From assembly GCA_030390025.1 (NCBI GenBank), contig CM059432.1:558001-622000 (forward strand): 64,000 bases of DNA, read 5' to 3'. This document shows positions 10,955 to 21,938 of this stretch, piece after piece. This DNA comes from Squalus acanthias (lineage: Eukaryota). Both the position numbers and the translations under genes were made by a program. The number at the start of each line of letters is the position of its first letter. The first letter of the stretch is position 1. The notes below the pieces were generated by a model. The model was not told the DNA's origin, did no database searches, and worked only from the letters and a program-made list of their open reading frames with translations.

Positions 10955-13177
10955 GGCACTGGGGTGACAAACCTCTGAACAATTCTGGTCGCCATATTAT
11001 AAAAAGGATATAGAGACACTGGAAGAGGGTGCAAGAAAGATTTACAAGGAGGATACCAGAAATGCGAGGGTATACCGATCAGGAAAGGATGAACAGGCTG
11101 GGTCGCTTTTCTCTTGAAAAGAGAAGTATGACAGATGCCAGGTCGAGAATACGGCTAAATATAGAAAGTTCAGAGGAGAAGTGAAAAAGAAAATGAGAGG
11201 TTATGAGAATAGAATGGCAGCTAACATAAAAGGTAATCCAAAAGTCTTCTATAGGCATATAAATAGTAAACGGGTAGTAAGAGGAGGGGTGGGGCCAATT
11301 AGGGACCAAAAAGGAGACCTACGCATGGAGGCAGAGGGTATGGGTGAGGTACTAAATGAGTACTTTGCATCTGTCTTCACCAAGGAAGAAGATGCTGCCA
11401 TAGACATGGTGAAAGAGGAGGTAGAGGAGATACTGGATGGGATAAAAATTGATAAAGAGGAGGTAATAGAAAGGCTGGCTGTACTTAAAGTTGATAAGTC
11501 ACCAGGACCAGATGGGATGCATCGTAGGCCACGGAGGGAAGTAAAGGAAGAAATCGCAGAGGTACTGACCATAATCTTCCAATCCTTCTTAGAAACGCGG
11601 GTGGTGCCAGAGGACTGGAGAATTGCAAATGTTATACCCTTGTTCAAAAAAGGTTGTAAAGATAAACCCAGCAACTACAGGCCAGTCAGTTTAACCTTGG
11701 TAGTAGGGAAGCTTTTAGAAACAATAATCAGGGACAAAATTAAGTCACTTGGACAAGTGTGGATTAATTAAGGAAAGCCAGCACGGATTTGTTAAAGGCA
11801 AATCGTGTTTAACCAACTTGATCGAGGTTTTTTGATGAGGTAACAGAGAGGGTTGATAAGGGCAATGTAGTTGATGTGGCGTACATGGATTTCCGAAAGG
11901 CGTTTGACAAAGTGCCACATAATAGGCTTACCAGCAAAGTTGAAGCCCATGGAAAAAAGGGACAGTGGCAGCATGGATACGAAATTGGCTAAGTGATAGG
12001 AAAGAGAGAGTGGTGGTGAACGGTTGTTTTTCCAGACTTGAAGGTATACAGTGGTGTTCCCCAGGGGTCGGTTCTAGGACCACTGCTTTTCTTGATATAT
12101 ATTAATGACTTGGATGTGGGTGTACAGGGCACAATTTCAAAATTTGCAGATGACACAAAACTTGGAAGTATAGTGAACAGTGAGGAGGATAATGATAGAC
12201 TTCAAGAGGACATAGACAGGCTGGTGGAATGGACGGACACATGGCAGATGAAATTTAACGCAGAAAAGTGCCAAGTGATACATTTTGGTAGAATGGGGAG
12301 AGGAAATATAAACTGAAGGGTATAATCCTAAAAGGGGTGCATGAACAGAGAGACCGAGGGGTATATGTGCACAAATCGTTGAAGGTGGCAGGGCAGGTTG
12401 AGAAAGCGATTAAAAAAAGCTTATGGGATCATGGGCTTCATGAATATAGATAGAGTACAAAAGCGTGGAAATGATGAACCTTTATAAAACACTGGTTCGG
12501 CCTCAACTGGAGTATTGTGTCCAATTCTGGGCACCGCACTTTAGGAAGGATGTGAAGGCCTTCAAGAGGGTGCAGAAAAGATTTACGAGAATGGTTCCAG
12601 GGATGAGGGACTTCAGTTACGTGGATAGACTGGAGAAGCTGGGGTTGTTCTCCTTGGAGCAGAGAAGATTGAGGGGAGATTTGATAGAGGTGTCCAAAAT
12701 CATGAGGGATCTGGACATAGTAGAGAGAAACTGTTCCCATTGGCAGAAGGGTCGAGAACCAGAGGACAGATTTAAGGTGATTGGCAGCAGAACCACAGGC
12801 GACATGAGGAAAAACTTTTTTACGCAGCGAGTGGTTAGGATCTGGAATGCACTGCCTGAAAGGGTGGTGGAGACAGACTCAATCACGGCTTTCAAAAGGG
12901 AGAAGTATCTGAAGGAAAAAAATTTGCAGGGCTACAGGGAAAGGGCAGGGGAGTGGGACTAGCTGAAGTGCTCTTGGAGAGTTGACCGAATGGCCGCCTT
13001 CCATGATGTAACTATTCGATGGAAGGCCGAGGGGTGACCGAATAGAGGTCTTTAAAATTATGAAAGGTTTTGAGAGTGGATGCAGAGAGAGTGTTTCCAC
13101 TTGTGGGGAAGAGCAAAACTAGAGGCCATCAATATAAGATAGTCACCAAGAAATCAAATAGGGAATTCAGAAGAAAC
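10955..13177 (+). mobile_element. CR1 LINE ORF2 (RT) fragment nested in another CR1 3' fragment (duplicate at ~27765-30230)
   Basis: KSPGPDGMH, VPEDWRIANVIPLFKKG..NYRPVSLT and SGVPQGSVLGPLLF..FADDTKL, with frameshifts. Confidence 0.9.
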
Positions 13178-13608
13178 TTCATCAATGCCCACACTGGAGG
13201 TTGTGTTATGGGAGCTTTGTTACAGTCCGCTGGTTTGCTCATATTCAGATGTTGGTTAAACCTCTTCCAAAAATTCAGCCATGGCTTTAGAGACAATCGG
13301 CCAATGCCTGTCGTTTGGTCGGGAGAGTCTCCCACCTGGCTCTTCAGAAGTGAAACAGAGCAGCAGTGCACTAAATAATGGAGACTGACTCTTTCCATTA
13401 ATGAATGCTTTGGTAGCATCTCCTAATCTGAACATGAAATCCAGAATTCATGTTGGTGAGGCAGAGGGGGGGGGGGGGAACATTGCTCATTTACTACAAA
13501 GCACTGGACACTGCATGGATTGTACATGGTTGGCAACATGATCAACTTTGCTATGGATATGTGCCAAATGTTCTCTTAAACAAGCTCTCTCCCCTTTCAC
13601 TATTGCAG

Positions 13609-13834
13609 CGACTCTCCACAGCCAACGATGAGATTGTGGAAGTGTTACTGTCCAAACACCAGGTTCTGGGTGCACTGAGGTTTATTCGAAGTGTTGGCAG
13701 CCATGACAACATATCGGCCCGGAAATTCTTGGATGCAGCGAGACAGACTGGAGATGCAATGCTGTTCTACACCACCTTCAAGTTTTTTGAACAGAGGAAT
13801 CAGAGGTTACGAGGAAATTCACAATTTACACCAG
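13609..13834 (+). CDS. RMC1: RMC1 exon ~19 (copy 1)
   Basis: gcag|...|gtgagt. RLSTANDEIVEVLLSKHQVLGALRFIRS...FFEQRNQRLRGNSQFTP. Confidence 0.94.
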
Positions 13835-14918
13835 GTGAGTACAACCCAGAAGTGCTTTTGTAGAGAACTGGGGGGACTGGTAGGGAGAAAATAAGCATAG
13901 GTTCTCATCGATTACTGCAATACCTCACCTACAATGGTGGATTAACCACTCACTTACCCATAATTCATACAAGATCAGGAAAGAATGAGTTTACCAAATG
14001 AGTACTTTCATAGCAGTCTTTAATGAACAGCAAGTCACATTACAAAATTGCAGCTTTAAGTGTATTTACATGTTTAATCAATCAAGAACTGAAACTCAAT
14101 TCTACTTTCCCCTATTTTGTTTTGGATCCAATGAGAGAGAGGTCCCATCTGCTCCCTCAGATGGGCCTAAGATCCTATGGCATTTTGAATAGGACTTTCT
14201 GGTGAGCTGGTGAATATTGATCCCTGAACCAGCATCAAAAACAGATTCTCTGGTCATTTATCTTTGCACGTGGGAGCTTGCCGTATGGTTGCCCCATTGC
14301 CCTTCATTACAACTGACATGGCTTTGTAGCACTTTGGGATGTCCCAAGGTCTTAAGGCAGTATAAATACAAGTGTTTTTTCCCTGTGATTAGCTTGCTTT
14401 TTGGCAGTGAAAAATATGCAAAGTTGATCATTTAAAAAACATTAACTCCTGAGATCTGCTGGTATTAATTTGGGTAAATTGTTTTAAGTGTGGCTGTTTT
14501 TTAAAAACTAACCTGTCCCTCAGTTTAGATTAAAAGCTCATTTAGTGGGGTGGGGGGGGGGGGGAAGTATTGCTGTGTTACACATCAGCATTTAAGCCAG
14601 CTTGAGTCACACTTGTGTCCTTCTGATTTACCTTTTATGCAGCATCAGTATGACATTTATGCCAAGTGTCAAATGGCATCCTTACTTCGATAGGAAGGAG
14701 CTTGGGCAGCAGTAGCAAGCATGTGCCATAAAGCATTCTCTGCTACCACTCCTTCAATTGGAACAGGGTTTTTTTTTTAAAAATGGCACATCCTTCAGTT
14801 GTTGGGTTTTTAGATCCTTGTGGAAGGGGATTTTTTAGCTTACTTTGATATCAACTCCCTCATGGAAATGCATTGTACTTGAGCACCATTAATGAGAATT
14901 CTTTTTTTTAATTTTTAG

Positions 14919-14998
14919 GAGAGCATTGCGAAGAACACATCTCCCATTTCAAAAGCCTTTTTGGAGAACAAGCACTTCTGACACCTGTGGCTGTATGA
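14919..14998 (+). CDS. RMC1: RMC1 terminal coding exon ~20 (copy 1)
   Basis: tttag|GA GAG CAT... gives GEHCEEHISHFKSLFGEQALLTPVAV*, with TGA at 14996-14998. Confidence 0.92.
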
Positions 14999-15058
14999 AC
15001 TCTCAGGACTGTTAGCACAGAAAAGCAATGCACCATTAGTTATTGAATGTCTAGAAAC

Positions 15059-15064
15059 TTTATT
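15059..15064 (-). terminator. Candidate NPC1 polyadenylation signal (copy 1)
   Basis: TTTATT on + is AATAAA on -, about 370 nt downstream of the NPC1 stop. Confidence 0.45.
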
Positions 15065-15244
15065 TGTGTATTATAAAAGGAGCATAAAAAATGTACACAA
15101 TTTTGGCATGTATTAAAAATATGCATTAGTCACTTCCCAGTGTCATTCTTTTAACTAGTCAGCTGGAAAGAGTAAACTAGCATTGCAATTACCAGTTACA
15201 GATCCACATCTCTGCTGAATTACCAGTTAAGGTATTACTAATCC

Positions 15245-15283
15245 AATAAAACTGGAAACAGTCAGGAACCTTCAATAAATAAA
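15245..15283 (+). terminator. Candidate RMC1 polyadenylation signals
   Basis: AATAAA at 15245-15250 and overlapping AATAAATAAA at 15274-15283. The equivalent first signal in copy 2 is at 32791-32796. Confidence 0.55.
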
Positions 15284-15433
15284 GTAGTCTGTTCTGTAGC
15301 AAACTAGCCAATTTCCTGAGTTCAAAGTACTAAGAAACTTCTGCATTAAACTGCAAAGACAGTTCGAAATCCTTTGAATTTCATCAGAATCTGTATGGGG
15401 TCAATAGTCCGCTCTTGATTCTGAAGCTCTTGG

Positions 15434-17532
15434 TCAATGCTGGTTTAACAGTCGCTCCCGTTCTGTGCCCTTGTACAGGTTGTGCAGTGCAGAAACTTTT
15501 CCTCGGTTTACAGTTGGTCCTAAACACATTTAAACTAGTTAGCAATGAAGACGGTGGCATAGTGGTTAGCACTGGTGCCTCACAGCGCCAGGGACCCGGG
15601 TTCAAATCTGACCTCGGGTGACTGTCTGTGTGGAGTTTGCACATTCTCCCCGTGTCTGCGTGGGTTTCCTCCGGTTGCTCCGGTTTCCTCCCACAGTCCA
15701 AAAATGTGTGGGTTAGGTTGATTTGGCTATGATAAATTGACCCTTAGTGTTAGGGGGGGATTAAATATGTGGGGTTATGGGGATAGGATGGGATATGTTA
15801 GGGGGAATTAAATACGTGGGGTTACGGGGGTAGGGTGGGATATGTGTACTGTGGGGATTAAAGCAGGGACAGGGTACTGGATTTGGATGATCAGCCATGA
15901 TCGTATTGAATGGTGGAGCAGGCTCGACGGGCCGAATGGCCTACTCCTGCTCCTAGATTCTATGTTTCTAAGACAATATTTGTAAACACAGTATAAAATC
16001 TCCAACTTAGATGTACTGGAATGCAGAGTGCAAAGCAAGAATTCTCAGCTCAAACTACAATTGTCTGCTAGTGTACAAGTTAAACAATGCCTCATTCAGT
16101 TGGTTACATGGAAACCACACTTCAGGACAAGGCTCAGGTTGTGAGCATTTTTAGAAAATGACTTCACTCCATTTCCTCAATCTTGTGGCATTGCTCATGA
16201 GGCAGTCTTCAAGGCCAGAGCAGAACAGGGATATTCAGCTGCTACAATGAGTGGTGCTTAATCTGACCTGTAAATTACTGCTGTGGAAACTAGTCTCATC
16301 CACAGACCAGGAAATTGTACAATAAAAAGGTGCTTGTAATAACCCAGCTTCTCCTCAAAGGCCATAGGAGTAGACTATTCAGCAGAGTCTGTTCTGCCAT
16401 TCATTCAGATCATGGCTGATCTGTAAACTCCATCTACCCACCTCTGCTCCATATCCTTCAATACCATGGTGAGCAATTGAACCCCAGCATCTACTGCTGA
16501 GGGAATTCCACACTTCTACCATCCTTTGCATGGTGTTTCCCCAACTTCTCTAGCCAGCAGATGCATGGGTTTCCCAACTTCTCCCCATCTATTCCTTTCA
16601 AAATCCCCAAAAGCTCAACTCATCCCTTAACCTTCTATATTACAGGGAATACAGACTAGTTTATGTAACCCCTCAATTTAACCCTTGGAGTCCTGGCAAT
16701 ATTCTGGTGAATCTGCACTGCACTCCTTCCAAGGCCAATACATCCTAAGGTGTGGTAACTTTAGCTTGAATAAGTGACAATAGGCACAGGAATTGATAGT
16801 ACTGTAACAAGAGGAAACCAAATTAATATAATATGCTCTCCGTGTCAGCAGTGCAAGAATGGCTTAATTGGTTGAATTAAGCATTTAAGATAAAGTTCAA
16901 ATGGACAGCCAGATAGTGATGAATTTGCTTTCATAAACAAAAATGGATTTGAACAATCTTACCTATATAACTAAGCATTACAGGAAGGAATACGAGGCCG
17001 TGAGCAGCTCCCAAAAGCACGATCGCCAAGTACATCCTGAAGTAGAAGATCTGGAAAATCTGGGATTTGGCAAATGCCAAGACCACAATACCTCCAAACT
17101 TAGTTAGTGTGATGCCACTAAATACCTGGAGAGAGAGGGAGAAAGTTGTAAGCCCAGGTCCTGAGATATACACATGCAGGAGCAGCACAACAGCTACAGT
17201 ACTGATTACCCATCTTTCATGTTGGCAGCAGCTATGAGAAAGGGCAGGCTCCTGTGGTGGGCCAAGTTAATTCCAGTGCTATCTGAAGTATGTTCAAGAT
17301 TTAAAAGAATTGTCCTTTAGGATGGCAAAGTTCTAAATAACCCAGATAGTTTGTCGATTTGTTTAGCTAAACATCATGGATCCCGAGGTGATGCTAGATG
17401 CCACATTAAGTTACTTACCGAACTCCCCATATTGGCCAGTGCTTCCTCGGCACGTTCCACCCTGGTTTTCTTCATACTGACAGAAAATGCTCGAACTATA
17501 TGGCTGCAGAACTCAACTGAAATACCACAACA
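15434..17532 (-). pseudogene. NPC1: Orphan duplicate of NPC1 exons 23-25 (intact but detached from exon 22)
   Basis: Exons 17419-17532 ([11 protein letters not shown]...MGSS), 16963-17125 ([32 protein letters not shown]...SYI) and 15434-15519 (GPTVNRGK...ERERLLNQH*). Identical by eye to 34532-34645, 34076-34238 and 32980-33065, with splice sites intact. Confidence 0.85.
15552..15968 (+). mobile_element. tRNA-derived V-SINE (HE1-like), present in copy 1 only
   Basis: A/B-box head (tggcatagtggtt...ggttcaaatc), V-domain ctgtgtggagtttgca..ttctcccc.tgtctgcgtgggtttcc, CR1-type tail, aagac flanking repeat. The empty site is at ~33091. Confidence 0.85.
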
Positions 17533-18139
17533 CTACAAGGGGATAAAGAAAAAACTCCATTAATGGCAAATCAATATTTATTCTATTGTCCCAGATTGCA
17601 AGACTGGACCCCATTATTCCTTCAACTGAAAATCAAACTAGTTCTATTACAGCACCATTTGCAGTATTAGGAGCATGAACGCTCACTCACTGCACTTTGT
17701 ACTCCTAGAAACACCCATAAAATAACTTTCCACACCCTTGTCCTCCAACACTGGTCCATTATTGCAGGGCAAGATGAAGAGGGTGAGCACAGAAGACCAA
17801 TGACCTGCACAAAGTGACTGGCCAGAGCAAGCTGGAGGCAAATGCAATAATTGCAGATTCAAATTAAAGTACATACCAGGAGTAGTTGAGTTACAAGAAA
17901 GAAAATTGGGAGAGGGGAACTGGGACTGCTGGTTGAAAGTGGAAGAGAAAGGGAGTGAGCAATAGGGACAGATTAAAACAAGGTGCTTGACACCAAAAGA
18001 AGGTAAGAGTCACAAAGCACAACATATGGTGAAGGGAGAAGGAACCTTGGAGCTCGAGGGATCAAACCTACACATGCCCACATTTACCAAGTACCTGCAG
18101 GATCAGTCACAGCAACAGCTCTCCACAGGCAGCGAAATC

Positions 18140-19167
18140 AGTCATAACGGCACAGAAGGAGGCCATTTGGCCCATTGAGTCTATGCCGGCTCTGAGCGAT
18201 CCAGTCAGTCCCATTCCCCCGCTCTATCCCTGTAGCCCTGCAAGTTTATTTCCCACAAGTGCCTATCCAGTCTCCCCTTGAAAACATGGAGTGTCTCCAC
18301 TTCCACCGGCAGCAGGTTACAGGTCCTCACCACTCACTGCGTAAAAAAGTTCACATCACCCTGTATCTCTTGCCCAATACCTTAAATCTGTGTCCCATAG
18401 TCCTTGTACCATCAACTAGTGGGAACAGCCTTTCCCTGTCTAGCCTATCCAAACCAGTCATAATCTTGTTCACCTCTATCAAATCAGCCCTCAACCTCCT
18501 TTGCTCTAATCAAAACAAATCCGGCTTCTCCAACCTGTCCTTGTAGCCAAGATCCCCCATCCCCGGAACCATACTGTTAAATCTCCTCTGCACCCTCTCA
18601 AGGGCCTTCACATCCTTCCTAAAGTGTGGTGACCAGTCCAAACCAGCACTTTATAAAGATTCAGCATAACTTCTCTACATTTGTACTCAGTACCTCTATT
18701 TATGAAGCCCAAGATCCCATATGCTTTGCTAACCATTCTATGTCCTGCCACCTTCAGGGACCTATGCACATTATCTCCCAGGTCCCTCTATCCCTGCACC
18801 CTTTAAAACTGTGCCATTAAGTGTATATTGCCTCTCCCTGTTCCTTCTGCCAAAATGCATCACCTTACACTTCTCTGTATTAAACTCCATCTGCCACTTG
18901 TCTGCCCATTCTGCTAGCCTGTATGTCCTGTTGCAGTCGATTGGTATCATTCTCACCTTTTCCAACACCCCCAAGTTTGGTGTCATCAGCGAATTTAGAA
19001 ATTCTATTGTATTCCAATGTCCAGGTCATTTATATACATCAAAAAAAAGTAGTGACCCCAGCAATGACCCTTGGGGAACACCACTACCATCCTCCAGTCT
19101 GAAAAAGCGCCATTTACCACAACTTGCTGATTTGTCCTTAAGCCAATTCCTTATCCAAGCTGCCACT
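18140..19167 (-). mobile_element. Degraded CR1 LINE fragment (duplicate at ~35330-36313)
   Basis: RLAEWADKWQMEFNTEKCKVMHFG on the minus strand. Confidence 0.8.
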
Positions 19168-19820
19168 GACCTCAATGGGAATGGGACCAATATCCTTGCA
19201 GGGGGGTTTGCTAGTGCTGTTGGGGAGGGTTTAAACTAGCTTGGCAGGGGGATGGGAACCCAAGTATAGAGTCAATAGGGAGAGAAGAAAAACAAAAGCG
19301 TAGAAAGTAAGTTGGAAGGACAGAGGAATCAAGGGCTAGCTAGTAGTCAACAAGGAGGTTTGCCTGTACTAAATGGTATATACTTCAATGCAAGGAGTAT
19401 AGCGAACAAGGCAGGTGAGCTGAGGGCACAGGTAGATACTTGGGACTATGATATTATAGCTATTACAGAGACGTGGCTGAAAGAGGGGCAGGTATGGCAG
19501 CTTAACATTCCTGGTTACAGGATTTTCAGACGGGATAGAGAGGGAGGTAAAAAGGGAGGGGGGGGTGTCGCAGTATTGATTAAAGAAACTATTACAGCTG
19601 TGAGGAGGGACGATATGTTGGAGGGATCATCAAACGAGGCCATATGGGTCGAATTGAAAAACAAAAAAGGGGCGATCACACTGCTGGGAGTGTACTACAG
19701 ACCCCCAAACAGTGAGAGGGAGATAGAAGAACAAATATGTAGACAAATTTCTGAGAAGTGCAAAAACTATAGTGAGAAGTCGCACAACACCAGGTTATAG
19801 TCCAACAGATTTATTTAATT

Positions 19821-19858
19821 TTACAAGCTTTCGGAGCTATCGCTCCTTCGTCAGGTAA
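19821..19858 (-). ncRNA. Minimal type I hammerhead ribozyme motif
   Basis: Reverse complement reads ttac-CTGACGA-a-ggagc-gata-gctcc-GAA-AGCT-T-gtaa. Confidence 0.72.
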
Positions 19859-20862
19859 GTTAGCAATGAGAGAATCTCCCAGAATTCACAATTTAAACCC
19901 AGACAAAATCTATTCACATTATTCGCTACAACAAAGAGCACAGCCAAGACAATGAGATGTGTCCCAGGGGGTCCAGCGTGTCAAACCACCTGCTGGCTGC
20001 ATATCCTGTCAATTTGTGTTCTTGCGTTTTTTAAAAAAAAAAAAAAAAACACCTGGGAAGACCGGCCATGATGTCAAGTAACGTTCTGTATCATGACATG
20101 AACCCGATATCGCGATTGAGGCCATCCTCATGAGTGCGGAACTTGGCTATCAGTTTCTGCTCTATGATTTTGCGCTGTCGTGTATCTCGAAGGCCGCCTT
20201 GGAGAACGCTTACCCGCAGATCCGAGGCTGAATGCCCCTGGCTGCTGAAGTGTTCCCCGACTGGGAGGCAACCCTCCTGCCTGGCGATTGTTGCGCGGTG
20301 TCCGTTCATACGTTGTCTCAGTGTCTGCATGGTCTCGCCGATGTACCATGCTCTGGAGCATCCTTTACTGCAACGTATCAGGTAGACAACGTTGGCCGAG
20401 TCACATGAGTATGTACCGTGTACCTGGTGGGTAGTGTCCTCACGCCAGGCAGGAGGGTTGCCTCCCAGTCGGGGAACACTTCAGCAGCCAGGGGCATTCA
20501 GCCTCGGATCTGCGGGTAAGCGTTCTCCAAGGCGGCCTTCGAGATACACGACAGCGCAAAATCATAGAGCAGAAACTGATAGCCAAGTTCCGCACTCATG
20601 AGGATGGCCTCAATCGCGATATCGGGTTCATGTCACGATACAGAACGTGACTTGACATCATGGCCGGTCTTCCCAGGTGTTTTTTTTTTAAAAACACAAG
20701 AACACAAATTGACAGGATATGCAGCCAGCAGGTGGTTTGACACGCTGGACCCCCTGGGACACATCTCATTGTCTTGGCTGTGCTCTTTGTTGTAGCGAAT
20801 AATGTGAATAGATTTTGTCTGGGTTTAAATTGTGAATTCTGGGAGATTCTCTCATTGCTAAC

Positions 20863-20900
20863 TTACCTGACGAAGGAGCGATAGCTCCGAAAGCTTGTAA
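20863..20900 (+). ncRNA. Minimal type I hammerhead ribozyme motif
   Basis: ttac-CTGACGA-a-ggagc-gata-gctcc-GAA-AGCT-T-gtaa, with stem I ttac/gtaa. Confidence 0.72.
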
Positions 20901-21345
20901 AATTAAATAAATCTGTTGGACTATAACCTGGTGTTGTGCGACTTCTCATTTTTGTCCACCCCAGTCCAACGCCGGCATCTCCACATCAAAAACTATAGGG
21001 CAGTAATAGTAGGGGATTTCAGCTACCCCAATATTAACTGGGATAAAATTAGTGTGGAGGGTATAGAAGGTGCAGAATTCCTAAAATGCATCCAGGAGAA
21101 CTTTTTTAGCCAGTATGTAGCAAGCCCAACAAGGGAGGGGGCGATTCTGGACTTAGTTTTAGGGAATGAAGCTGGGCAGGTAGAAGGCGTATCAGTGGGG
21201 GAACATTTTGATGCTAGTGACCATAATTCTGTTAGATTTAAGGTAGTTATGGAAAATGACAAGGATAGACCAGGAATAAAAAATCTAAATTGGGGAAAAG
21301 CAAATTTTGCTAAGCTCAGAGGGGATTTAGCCACAGTGGACTGGA

Positions 21346-21938
21346 ACATAAGAACATAAGAACATAAGAAATAGGAGCAGGAGTAGGCCAATCGGCCCCT
21401 CGAGCCTGCTCCGCCATTCAATAAGATCATGGCTGATCTGATCCTAACCGCCAATCTACTATCTATCACAGAACCATCTCCTGCATCTAACAGAATTGCA
21501 CACACGAAATAGGAGCAGAATCAGGCTACACGGTCCCTGGGCCCGCTCCACTACCCACAGGGCCATGACCGATCCGAACCTAGACTCATGTCCAAATTCC
21601 TGCCCGCTCCCCGTAACCCTTAATGCCCTTTACTTCTAGGAAACTGTCTATTTCTGTTTTAAATTTAATTAATGTTGTAGCTTCTACAGCTTTTTGTGGC
21701 AGCATATTCCATGGACCTACCACCCTCTGAGTGAAGTAGTTCCTCCTCATCTCAGTTTTGAAAGAGCAGCCCCTTATTCTAAGACTATGTCCCCTAGTTC
21801 TAGTCTCACCCGTCATCGGGAACATCCTCCCCGCATCCACCCGATCCAACCCCTTCACAATCTTATATGTTTCAATAAGATCGCCTCTCATTCTTCTGAA
21901 CTCCAATGAGTAGAGTCCCAATCTACCCAACCTCTCCT
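21346..21938 (-). mobile_element. CR1 3' fragment with (aacataag)n tail, copy 1 only
   Basis: RLGLYSLEFRRMRGDLIETYKI on -. Copy 2 reads gactggaaacagctacttg uninterrupted at ~37190-37208. Confidence 0.85.

Larger units (their letters stand above)
19772..20986. mobile_element. Penelope-like element with inverted terminal copy (fold-back), copy 1 only
   Basis: GIY-YIG reading on - (VVYLIRC..WYIGETMQTLRQRMNGHR..HF..EQKLIAKFRTHEDGLN). Arms 19773-20286 and 20443-20948, ~40-nt one-sided tail, direct repeat caaaaactata at 19761-19771 and 20987-20997. Confidence 0.88.

Noticed and set aside
11181..12962. Long ORFs (196, 92 and 165 aa) as host genes
   Set aside because: They are frameshifted CR1 ORF2 reverse transcriptase fragments inside an RMC1 intron.
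15552..15615. tRNA gene (also ~48595-48660)
   Set aside because: This is a tRNA-like SINE head running into a V-domain and a LINE tail, not a stand-alone cloverleaf.
19772..20986. DNA transposon or MITE with long terminal inverted repeats
   Set aside because: The arms contain GIY-YIG coding sequence and hammerheads, and there is a one-sided tail, which fits a Penelope-like retroelement.
21346..21372. CRISPR-like or satellite repeat (aacataag)n
   Set aside because: It is the ordinary short tandem tail of a CR1 LINE on the minus strand, with no spacers.
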